A stretch of 63,971 bases of DNA, the filler included, from Folioceros fuciformis (taxonomy: Eukaryota): the NCBI GenBank assembly GCA_049999805.1. It is 4 parts of 4 records of this genome, joined end to end, with 100 filler letters (N's around TTAATTAATTAA, not from the genome) between each part and the next. Parts side by side here need not be neighbours in the genome. Positions count along the whole stretch, not along the records: positions 28,648 to 53,564 come from JBNGIO010006285.1; positions 53,665 to 59,637 come from JBNGIO010006296.1; 2 more parts are not named here. The stretch is one strand, 5' to 3'. The position numbers were made by a program, and so were the translations under genes. Positions 46,401 through 56,600 of the stretch are shown piece by piece. Under the pieces are notes generated by a model. That model saw nothing but the letters and a program-made list of their open reading frames with translations, was not told the DNA's origin and made no database searches. Every line of letters begins with the position of its first letter. The stretch's first letter is position 1.

Positions 46401-46461
46401 GGATGGGTACCGTGTCCATCGATTCACAGCTGGTTCTTGCAGTTGTAAGGGTCGACCTTGA
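43411..46461 (+). CDS. PLS-class PPR-DYW:KP ('GRP'-type) putative U-to-C RNA editing factor with two N-terminal OSB-like PDF motifs
   Basis: Single ORF of 1016 aa; N-terminal WQQFFLDPTMWWDNRRDK...PDFRRKRSGEVLWL twice; P/L/S/SS array; KKPAVASIEV, HAEKLA, KNLRMCSDCH and terminal CSCKGRP. Confidence 0.93.
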   Translation: MATVWQPDPLWTQQNGVFMGMIRGAPAQFIFGSKSLPNKASSCSSVRSSALPLARNCAGGDGFPNDDVCQEQENLWQQFFLDPTMWWDNRRDKKSLRSPDFRRKRSGEVLWLNNMFKPAWVDEQLVSLDMQMGRAASPPNASNWDNPESGRRVESEMGSSCRNARSPTLPIPGNWVSGDGISNDGRRQEQGLLLQQFFQDSSMLFDNRRDKTRSQLPEFRRKRSGEVLWLNSMYKRTWVDEELDSLDMRMGHGSSPSKSSSVDKPEPGSRARSEMGVITAATVSMLCEQGKLSEAVGALESLAQADSAISQSLFYTVLKLCTAKKDLVVGRRVHDLTVKSGYESSAYLGNHILRMYAFGGRLQEAMDVFTRVGKPNIFMWVSIISAHAKHGKPKEAIQLYHEMRRSGVKANGHVFVAALQACAIAADLESGRKVHCDVLHSGTSTDLFVGNSLVDMYAKCGELKDAFQVFESMAEKDVVTWTALISGYVKCGELKDARQVFDSMSTKNVVTWTTLIGGYAEQGLGHESLVLYGQMEQEGLILADSVTFACLLKACASTGALHKGRQLHSQIVERGLLDNVLLGNCLVDMYAKCGELEDARQVFDSLATKDVVTWNALIAGYAQQGLGQEALVVYGEMEQDGLIFANHVTFACLLKACASSGALQKGRQLHLKIVERGLLDNVLVGTCLVDMYAKCGELKCARRVFDSMNTKNVVTWNALISGYGTSDDGQGAIACFEEMCVAGIQPDGATFTCLLVACSHEGLVHEGRKYFDSMAENHGIKPTVEHYTCMIDLLGRAGHLDEAEKMLLSCKGHSYVVGLTSLLNACRSHGDIKRAMWCFESIVRLDPREAPAYVLMANAYADAGRWTDVDRIEVQRRVAGATKKPAVASIEVNKQVHRFLVGEKRGDIMLKVDSTNARVKHEGGHVPHTKLVLKPLCEKEKEDVLCGHAEKLALAFGLLNSPSGTPLVVTKNLRMCSDCHNSTEIISRLEQRDIVVRDGYRVHRFTAGSCSCKGRP

Positions 46462-48129
46462 GAGCAATGAAGAACTGGCCAAGCTAGTGAATGCGTCAGT
46501 TATCCTGGGCAGACCTCGTGGCTGTTGTCCCCATGGTGACTAGGCCAGGAGACCTCACATGGTGGGTGTGTGTCTATGCTGTGAAGCTCATGACGACAGG
46601 ATCACCAGCTGGACTGGGATCTGGTGCTCAAGAGGCTGTGCCAGTGACCCAGGATCTTGTGGATTTCAGGACGCAGGTGGCATCTCGACTGACCGTGTGT
46701 GGCTGGCACTGGCAAATTGTGCAGGATCAGACTCAGACTGTTTCTGGTCGCTCCCCTACAGATTCCTTTCAGGAGAGCGAGCTGGAGGGAACCAAATAAA
46801 ACTACGTTCCCTGACCTTGTGACAACTGTGAGGAGATTAAGAGCTTGGGTTCCTCGGGGATGTCCTGCAGGGAGTACTCACGGCTGCCCAAGTGTTATGC
46901 CGGCAGCTCAGACCGTTCTGAACCTTGGTGCCCGGATGCAATTGCAAGGTCCTCAAGCCTGATGAGATTACTCGTGCATTCTTAAACGGTTCAGTAGTAT
47001 AGGGTCGGTGAATATTCGCCACCGAATACACCCAACATATCGTCCAAAGCGGATATGAGCAGAGCATGTCGGTGGGACCTGCCCCTCGTCTTGCGTATGG
47101 CAAGTCTGGCAGCATGGCCTGAACTCAGCTTATCGAGATTTCGATAGGTTGCCCCGGAAAGACTCATATTTGCTTGGACTACATTGATAGATGGTTATGC
47201 ACAATCATCAATATGTGCAACAAGCTTAAGCTTGTAGTAGTTTGAGCAGATGCCACAGGCGGGAGTTAGACGCAACGGAGTGGCTTGTTTGCACTCTTAT
47301 CGGCATGGAGCTACGGAGGCCTGAACTAGAAAGGCTTACAGTATTTGGATGGCATGAGTAGAGACCACGGCATTCATCCTCCTTTACCACCAGCTTGAAG
47401 CGGTAAATGAATTCGTACTAGACGGCTCAGAATTGGAGGAATGGCACGAGCTCCACTGTGTCATAAGCTATTCACTATTCTCTGGCCTGTCAACCATACT
47501 AAACAGTGGGTTTGCGTTGGAGATCGAAAGCCATCTCCAAACTTGGGAGGAGGACGAATTTCTTTTCGAGTTATGTCCAAGCCATCTCCAGGTAACTCAA
47601 AACGCTGAACCAAGGTATCTTAAATGAGTCGTTCCCCAGGGCCTACTGCGTTTGAAGTAACCCTTATTTCTTGGGCAATCTTACTTCCATTTTAAGGTCA
47701 GATCTTGACTTGATATGTACACAAAATGTTGGTATCGCACAGATCCCAGTTCCCGAACTGTTCTAAAGGGAACGACAGGGTGTTCGGTCCAGACATGGGT
47801 ACTTGTGCTGAGCTGTCTGGCGATTGTTCAGGTGCCCTTATTTGTTGGAGTGCTCAATGCAGAATTCCAGCTGTCCTTGTGCACATGAGAGCCAGTATAC
47901 ATCGAGTGACGTTAAAGGCATTAGGTTTCCTCGTCTTTACAGGACAGGACTGGTCGACATGCGAGCCTCGAACGTGTCCTGCTTCCTCTTGCCCTATGTG
48001 AAGGCAAGAACCACCAGAGAACAAATGAACTCCGTCTTTGCTCCAAATATCGTCTTTGCGACTCGTAAAGCTAGGTTCGCAGGCATCAGAGCGTGTTCGG
48101 GCAACAACCTGACGGGAAAAGGTCAAAAA

Positions 48130-48830
48130 TAACAAGCCACCACTGTCTATGGTGCGGTCACGCAGTGTACCTGGGGCGTCCTGCCGTAGTCTGTTTTGAG
48201 ACCCATCTTCGGAGAGCGGTCCCCGAACGATGGCCGGAGTATGACAACCAGACCCCTTGTGGACCCATCAAAGTGGGGGGCGTTCAGGCACTCGCAACCA
48301 GGAGTTCCCCCATACCTCATCGTAGGACGTGAATTCCTGGCAAACAATACCTCCAGGTGCAGCAGTGTAGGGAGCCCAGCACTTCTGCCTCCGACAAAAC
48401 GTGGGGGTGGATACGGATGGGGTTTCCAGCGATGCTCGTCTCCAGGAGCAGGAGAACTTGTGGTAACAATTGTTTCTGGATCCTACCCTCTGGTGGGAAT
48501 AGACGGGATAAGGAGAGCTCCCGTTCGCCTGAATTCCGGTGTAAAGGCACCAGCGAGGTGCTGTGGTTGGACAACAGGTTTAAGCCAGCTTGGGTTGATG
48601 AGGAGTTCGTGTTCATGGATATGCAGATGGCCTGTGGTGCCTCTCCTTCGGGGGCCAGCTCTCGGGATAAGCCCAAACATGGTTGGCGTACTGGATAGGG
48701 AGTGCGAATGGAAATGGTAACGCCTGGAACCGTGAGCATGTCATGTCACCAGGGGAGGCTTTCAGAGGCAATTGGGGCCCTGGAATGCCTGGCGCAATCT
48801 AACTCTGCTGTTTCTCAGTCTGTGTCACCG
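48130..48830 (+). pseudogene. Truncated, frameshifted paralog of the 5' part of the 43411-46461 PPR gene
   Basis: DNA similarity to ~43320-44350 (gtccccgaacgatggcc...ttgtggacccatcaaa; NRRDKESSRSPEFRCKGTSEVLWLDNRFKPAWVDEE); it ends at LECLAQSNSAVSQS, where the PPR array would begin. Confidence 0.8.
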
Positions 48831-48995
48831 ACACATGCGTAAGCATCTAGCGGGTCCAACTTAATCATACTTCAATACACCACATCGCCCTTGCTATGTC
48901 CCCGTGACTTTGGCAGGCATTCAAAACACTCATGTCCCTGTTGGAAAGGGACTACAGTGGCTCTTGTTCTGGGGAACAAGCATGGCATAGGCCAA

Positions 48996-49215
48996 GTGAC
49001 CATTATTTTTGTCCTTGGAGACTGAGAAATGGCAGCGTTCTATTTCTCACTTCTTTTCTCAATTGACCATTTTATTGACCAAAGAGACTGACAAATGGCA
49101 GCGTTTGATGTCTCGCTTGCTTTCTCACGTGACCATTGTACTGTCTTGGGAGACGGAGAAATGGCGGCGTTTTGATTTCTCACTTCCTTTTCTTATGTGA
49201 CTATTTTATTGTCCT
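48996..49215. repeat. Tandem repeat, ~66-bp unit x3
   Basis: Copies of gtgaccatt...gtc(c/t)t(t/g)ggagactgagaaatggcagcgtt...tttctcactt. Confidence 0.8.
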
Positions 49216-49871
49216 AGGAGTTTACCTTGAAGACATAGTTCTTACATCCAACTCCAAGGCCATCTTAAAGGATCCCAAATTAATGCTGGCAAAGAGCTTC
49301 TCCTCGACAATGTGTTGAAAACAGTCGTCTTGTCTAGGCATTCAAACTTTAAGAAATCAGGAAACTATAAGCATTTTCATTCATCAAATCTCCATATATT
49401 CAGGAAGTTCCTTACCAAGTATAATACATTAGAGTCTAAATCTATCTCTACACTTATGGAGGTTAATTAGAAGCTCAATAGTGAGGAAGATATGGAGGTT
49501 AATTAGAAGCTCAACAATGAGAAAGAACCACGACATGGAGTGGCCTCTTCTAACATCAACCCTTACCATATTCCCTTATTGCGCACCTCATGATTTGTAT
49601 TAGACCAGACCTTGCCTTTTCAATGGGAGCCTCATCTTAGTTCTTAGCATCTTTGACTCAAGCATGGGAGCCTTATCTCAGTTCTTAGCATCTTCAACTC
49701 AAGCTCATTGGAAAAGCTAAACGGGTGCTCTTGTGCTTGGAAACAATTTCCAACACGAGACTATAACATAGTAAGGACAACCTCTACAATCTTAAGGTTA
49801 TAATGATAAATTGGGCAAAAAATGATAGCACATTGAAAATACGAGTAGCTACATTTATATGCTTGGTAGAA

Positions 49872-49968
49872 TAGCAGATGGTGGCATGCTAGAGAAGTAG
49901 ATGGTGGCATACTAGAGAAGAAGATGGAGGCATGCTAGAGCAGCAAATGGTGGCATGCTGGAGTAGCA
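49872..49968. repeat. Tandem repeat, ~22-bp unit x4-5
   Basis: Copies of agatggtggcatgctagagaag. Confidence 0.85.
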
Positions 49969-50194
49969 TGTTGGCGCATCGCGCATTAGGGTACCACCGA
50001 CATACACCGCGAACCGATGCACAACGTTTTTAGGGATTCGGTTTACCCTGCTTAAGCACACGTAATAGTAAATAGTAAATATCATAGTTCCGAATAGCGG
50101 TTTATACTTTCCTATATGTGGCCATCAACCATAATGATCGATGCTCTTTTCATGAGAATCGTTCTCTCCATTTCCACAAGATGGTATCAGAGCC
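49969..50194 (+). mobile_element. Candidate 5' LTR (TGT...ACA, ~210 bp) followed by a tRNA-iMet primer-binding site
   Basis: tgttgg (49969)...ttccaca (50178), 3 nt, then TGGTATCAGAGCC (50182-50194), the canonical plant PBS. The LTR start is inferred; no partner LTR was seen. Confidence 0.6.
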
Positions 50195-50673
50195 ATCTTG
50201 CTCCATGCCGGCATGTGCCATCCTCCTCTCCTCACCAGCCCTGCGCCATGACCTTGCAAAATACTCATTGCGTTGAGCTCTAGCAATCTCTCATCCAACA
50301 AGATGCCTAGAAGACATACTTCCTCAATGTACTTACCTGTCAGTAAGGCAACTCAACACCACCAGCAACTCAACACCACCAGCATCTCTGCAACAACTGC
50401 TCAGAGTCCTTGAACAAACCTCCCAAACGTAGACTACCTCCCTTTGAGCACAGACGTAACACTTGCGATCATTATTCTCGCCCAGTAAAAACTTCAAGCT
50501 CACTCAATCGGTCAACCCCTGCACCAACTCAACCTGATGATGCCTCTCATGTGCTCTCTTCTTGTCTTCTTTCCACACACGATTGTCTTAGGATTCAACT
50601 CGCCTGTTTAGAACCTCAATTAGAAGCACTACGCCTGGTAATTCGCAAGTTCTCAACTAACAGGAATATAAGA

Positions 50674-53564
50674 TGCTGAATAGTAGTCAAGACAGCTTGA
50701 CATCTTGTGCGTGTAGCGAGAGATAGATATCAAAAGAATCCAGCATGATAATTAATGAGAGAATAATTAATAATGAAAAGGTAAAGGTATTTATAGCCAA
50801 GCCCTAAACTAATTAGGTCATCTATTCATGCATACTCCTAGGTTACCCATAACAACGGGTTATTTTCAACACTCCCACATAACCTAGGCAGTGTGCATCT
50901 TCCTTTAGATGAGAGTCGATCGCCGCCCTCTCCCGTTATCGCACACGCTCGTTAGCCAGAGCTCGCACTGTTACGCGCTGGGAGCTGAAGCGACGACTGT
51001 GACACCATGTCGCAGCTACTTGCGATTGTGGCCACCATCCTCGCCTCCTTCTGTTTGCTCATACTGTGGCAGCAGCAGAAAATGACTACAAGAAGCGGTG
51101 CGCGCTACAGGCCTGAAAGGTATGGAGAGGGTGCTGTCCCAAGGAAGAAACGTGCGGTGAAGAAACAGGAAGAGGTTGCAGCTGGTGCTAGAAACACAAG
51201 GGCTTTGCAGTGGAGACCTTTAAATCTACAGCACTACATCAGTAGCTGCGGCTGGGAAGTGGAGGTGGCAGCCAGCGTGACTGTGCGCAAGGTGCAGGAA
51301 ACAGGCAGGGCAAATTCAGCTGTGAAGGAAAAAAGAGATAGTGGCTGAACTCCTGGACCCGCCTAACCCAGACCCCCTCAGAGGGATGAAGGTTAGATGG
51401 CGCGAGGCAATCAGGACCCCACTGCCTGCTGATGAAAACGTGAAGGAAGAAACAAAAGTAGAAAGGATTGATGCAGCAGACGGGAGACAGCTCCCACAGA
51501 AGACAACAAACCCCTAAAGTGCCATGATTAGGTAAACACTGTGACGATTCATCCATGGCTGTGATGGTGATAGACAGAAGCAAGTCTGACCAACTAATCT
51601 GTATGTATGTGCTGCAGAACACATGGCAGGACTGATGAGAGGACAGCTTTAGAGCTGGGTCTCACAGCTAAAATTATGATAAACTATAAAACTAGGGGAC
51701 TGAGGTCCCCATCCCCCCAATTCCAAACAGGTCAGACTGTCACCACTGTTTACCTTACTCCTGTTCTTGGTAACAAATAGCTGAAGTCTCGTATACCCAG
51801 GGATTCCATGTGATGCGAATGCTTGAGCTTGGGTAGTGACTTTGTCATGATATCTGCAGTATTCTCCGCTGTTGGTATATATTTTACTTGTATGACTCCT
51901 CGTGCCACTGCATCTCTAACATAATGATGTTTGATCTCAATGTGTTTTGTACGAGCATGAAAACGCGGGTTGGCAACAAGGGCAATCGCAGAGTTGTTAT
52001 CACAATACACAGTAGTAGGACTGGCTTGCTCATGATGAAGATCCTTGAGGTATGATCTTGCCCATTCAGCCTCCTTAGCAGAGTCTGAAAGTGATACATA
52101 TTCTGCTTCGGTTGAAGATAAAGCAATAGCTGATTGCTTCTTGCAGGACCAGGTAACGGCCCCACCAACTAGCAGAAAACAATATGTGGACAAACTCTTA
52201 CGGGAGTCGGGATCAGAAGCCCAATCTGCATCTGTGTAAGCTTCAAGTGTTAGACCAGAAGGAAGACCAGCTTGGTAGAAGATACCGTAATTCATGGTCC
52301 CCTTCAGGTAACGATAGATTCTTTTCACTGCTGCCCAATGAATTCGTCCTGGCTTCTCCAGAAATTGGGATACACAGCTGACTGAGAATGCGATATCAAG
52401 TCTTGTCCAATTTGATATGAAGATGAGGCAACCGACAGCGTGCCTATAGGGAATCTTCTCCATATCAGCAATCTCCTCTGGAGTGGAAGCACATTGATCA
52501 GATGTTAACTTAACACCGACTGAACCAGGGGTGGACACAGGCCTGGCTTCATCAAGCTGAAAACGCTTCAAAATCTCAAATAAGTATTTCTTTTGATGAA
52601 TGACTATGAGGCCTTTTTCTCTGTTCCTTAATACTTGAACACCCAGGCAGAATTTAAGTGCTCCCACATCTTTCATTTCAAATTTATCCCTTAAAAGGTC
52701 TTTAACCTTATTCAAGATATGGGTATCTGTACAGGCAAAGATGCAGTCGTCTACATACACTGCAAGAATGCAAAAGGCCGAGCCGTCGACGAGATAATAT
52801 ACAGATGAGTCTGCTGAACTTTGTGTAAAACCTAGAGCTTTGAGTTCAGCGTCAAGTTTCTCATTCCACAGCATGGCACTTTGCTTAAGCCCATACAGGG
52901 CTTTGAGTAGCCTCAGTACCTTGTTAGGAAAACGTTTATCCACATAACCCTGGGGCTGCTCCATGTAAATTTCCTCCTTAATCTCCCCATGTAGAAAAGC
53001 AATACACACATCCATTTGATGCAATTCCAAGTTCAGTTCCGCAGATATGGCTAACAGCATCCTAATAGATTATGCTCATACGACAGGGGAAAAAGTTTCC
53101 TGGTAATCCAGGCCAGGAACTTGAGAAAATCCACGAGCGCAGAGCCTGGCCTTATAACGGGCAATCTCACCTTCAGCATTAAGTTTGGTCTTGAAGACCC
53201 ATTTACAAGTGACAGCCTTCCTACCAGGTGGCAAGTCTGTAAGTTCCCATGTTTTATTTTTAAGGATAGACTGGTATTCCTCCTCTACTGCAGCTTGCCA
53301 CTTATCAGCATCAGGACCAGCATAGGCTTCATCCATGGAAACAGGATCCAGCAAAATGGGAGTGCTGCCAGGAATGGCAGCATGAGTAGAAGGCCGGAAG
53401 TCATAAGAAGCATAAGGGGGTTCTGACCATTGGGCACGAGGTAGGCGGGCACGAGGAGGATTGCGTCTAGGAACGACAACAGCAGGAAGATCCTCCTCTT
53501 GATCTGGTGTGTCTAGATCAGGGTAGGGTAGATCAGCAGGTTCAGGGAAAGGGTCTGCGACAGG
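50674..53564 (-). mobile_element. Ty1/Copia retrotransposon A (RT-RNase H, 3' region, PPT and 3' LTR); 5' part cut by the gap
   Basis: YKARLCARGFSQ, LHQMDV..AFLHG, LYGLKQS, YVDD, YTDADWA, SSTEAEY and RTKHI; two in-frame stops at ~53070-53078; minus-strand gtgggag followed by a TGTTGA...TCAGCA LTR (50871-50674) containing TATAAATA. Confidence 0.9.
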
Positions 53565-53664
53565 NNNNNNNNNNNNNNNNNNNNNNNNNNNNNNNNNNNN
53601 NNNNNNNNTTAATTAATTAANNNNNNNNNNNNNNNNNNNNNNNNNNNNNNNNNNNNNNNNNNNN

Positions 53665-56600
53665 CGTTTCAGCCGCATTCTCATGAAGCGTGTCAAGGTG
53701 CAGCCCTGCAAAGAGTTTCCAGGGCATATGGTCAGCTTTTACAGTAGGTGTTACGTCCCTCCTTGTGATTCCTTGTGTGTGTTGGCTGCAATTCAGCAGT
53801 CCTATTCATGCCTTGCTCCCACTGCTTCTAAAAACGTTGTTACTGTTGCCATTTGCAGGGTCTGAGATGAGACTTCGTGAGGAAGTACGCCTTGTCTCCC
53901 CTGAGAGGATATCATATGAAGAAAGGAGAAAGCATAACAGCCCACGAACTGACGAGAGCTTCACCAGCAGCAGTGAGCTAGAGAAAGTCTTCAGTGACTC
54001 AGACAGTGATGAATACAACTCGCCAAAGACACCTGATTCACTTCCAGAAGAAAGCAACTATTCCAGCTCTCGTGGCAGCTGGGATTACTAGGCATAGATT
54101 TCTGTTCTTCAGACTTTGTTGGTTTGCAGGAAGTCTTCGGACTTCCCTAAACCAAGACCTTTAAGATGTTTTGTGTGCAAGTCTCTCCCCAGTGCTTTGG
54201 TGAGTATGTCTGCAGGGTTGTCGGCTGTCGGCACATATTCCAACACTATCTTTCCTGCTGATACTTGTTCACGTATAAAATGGTGTTCTACTTCAACGTG
54301 TTTTGTCCTTGAATGAAATACTGGGTTTTTAGCGAGAGCCATTGAGCCCTGATTGTTAGTCCTTACACTTGTGCATGTAGGAAGGTCCAGTCCCATTTCC
54401 TTGAACAACAGCTTAAGCCAAATAACCTCCTTTGCTGCTGCTGTTAGGACTCTATACTCGGCTTCTGTGCTCGAGGTGGCTACTGTGGGTTGCTTCTTGC
54501 TGCTCCAACATATTGGCCCTCCTGCGAAGCTTACTACATAGCCTGACACAGACCTTCTGGTATCAACATCACCAGCATAGTCAGAGTCTGTGAATACTGC
54601 TAGGTCTAGAGCTTCAGGACTGTATTGGTATTTAAGTCCTACATCATAGGTGCCCTTTAAGTATCTAAACACCCTTTTTAAGCACTGCCAATGCTCTTGC
54701 CCTGGGTTCTCGAGATACTGGGACAAGGAGCTCGTGGCAAAAGAGATGTCGGGCCTCGTAGTGTTTGAAGAATAAATTAATTTACCCACTCATTTTCTGT
54801 ACGGAATGTTAGCCATAGCTTCCTTCTCTGGTTGTGTCTCAGGGCACATGTCTCGACTGAGTTTGAGCCCAGTAGGTAGTGGTGTAGAGGCGGGCTTCGC
54901 ATCCTTTAAGCCCATCTGTTCAGCACTGTCAAGTAAGTATCTAGGCTGGGTAAGGGTTATAACCCTCTTGTCCTTGTTCCTTTGAATATGAACACCTAGG
55001 CAGCTCTGCAGAGGACCTAAATTGGTCATCTCAAATTTCTCTGCCAACAACAGATTGAGCTTTGTGATGTATGCTCCATTGTTACAGGCTATAATTAGGT
55101 CATCTACATACACAGCTAGATAACATACTCTATCTCCTTTCCTGTATACGTAGAGGCTCCCATCTGCCTTACACTTGACAAAGCCTAAAGCTAGAAGCTC
55201 CTCATCAAGGGCTTCGTTCCACTTTAGTGCTGACTGTTTGAGGCCATAGAAAGTTTTTATAAGTCGCACGACATGGTCCTCTTTCCCTTTCACTTCATAT
55301 CCAGGCGGCTGCTGCATATAGATCTCGGTGTCAAGCTTTCCATGTAAAAAGGCTGTCTTGACATCGAACATCTGCAGCTCGTAATCCTTGTGTGCTGCAA
55401 TGGCACAGATAGTACAAAAGGTGGCCATTTTTACAACAGGTGCGTATGTTTCAAAGTAGTCAAGTCCTGGTACTTGAGTAAAGCATCGTGCAACAAGTCG
55501 AGCTTTATATCGGTCAAAGGTTCCATCAGCTTTAACCTTGAGCTTGAAAACCCATTTACAAGATACCATCTTTCGGCCTGGAGGTAACTTGGCCAATTCC
55601 CAAGTCCCATTTTTGATGAGTGAGTCGTACTCAGATTGAATTGCCTTTTTTCATTCTGCAGAATCAGGCCTCCTAAGAGCTTCCTCGTATGACTGTGGTT
55701 CTATAGGGTCAAGCATTGTGGAGTGTGCTTCAGCTGCCCTGAAGTCATGGGACTGGTAGTAGTCTGGAGGACGTCGAAACGCTGTGGATAACGGCGTTCA
55801 GGTTGTGTTGCAGGTTTAGGCTGCTCACGCTGGGGTTCAATGTTTGCTGGATAAATAGGTGCAGCATCGTCAGGTTCTGCTGCTCGGTCTTCCTCCTGTG
55901 CTAAAACAGGATCAGGAGGCAAGGGATCATGAGGAGGTGGCTCCTGTATAGGATCAGCAATATTGTCCAAAACTGGTTCAGACTTAGGGTCAGGGGGAAG
56001 TTCAGGTTCAGATTCAGGTTCTGACTCTGACTGATCCTCATTATCCCCACCTGCAGGAGCAACGTTCTCAGGAAGGTCCTCAAAGTAAGAAACGTCAAGT
56101 TCAAGACGTTCCCAACTGTCATCAGCACGAGAAGCATCTAGGGCAGCTCCCACTGGCCAGAAGCACTGTTCGTCAAAGGTAACACTTCGAGAATAGGTGA
56201 CCTGTTTTGTGTTCACATTATATAGCTTATACGCCTTGATGCCCTCTGTGTAGCCTAACATCATCAACTTCTGTGCCTTGTTAAACAGCTTCTTACGCTT
56301 CTCACGAGGAACAAAAGCGTAGGCAACACAGCCAAAAGTCCTAAGATGCTGGATCTTTGGCTTGTGTCCATAAATGGCCTCACAAGGAGTCATCCCGTGA
56401 ACACCATGTGTAGGGAGTCTGTTCCTCAAGTAAACAGCAGTGGTGAGGGCTTCTGCCCAGTAAGAAAAAGGGAGGTGAGCATGATTCAGCAAGGAAGATG
56501 TAATCTCCTGCAGTGTTAGATTCATATGCTCAGCCACCCCGTTCTGTTGGGGTGTGTAAACCACTGTTAGCTGTCTCCCTATGCCTTCATTAGTGCAAAA

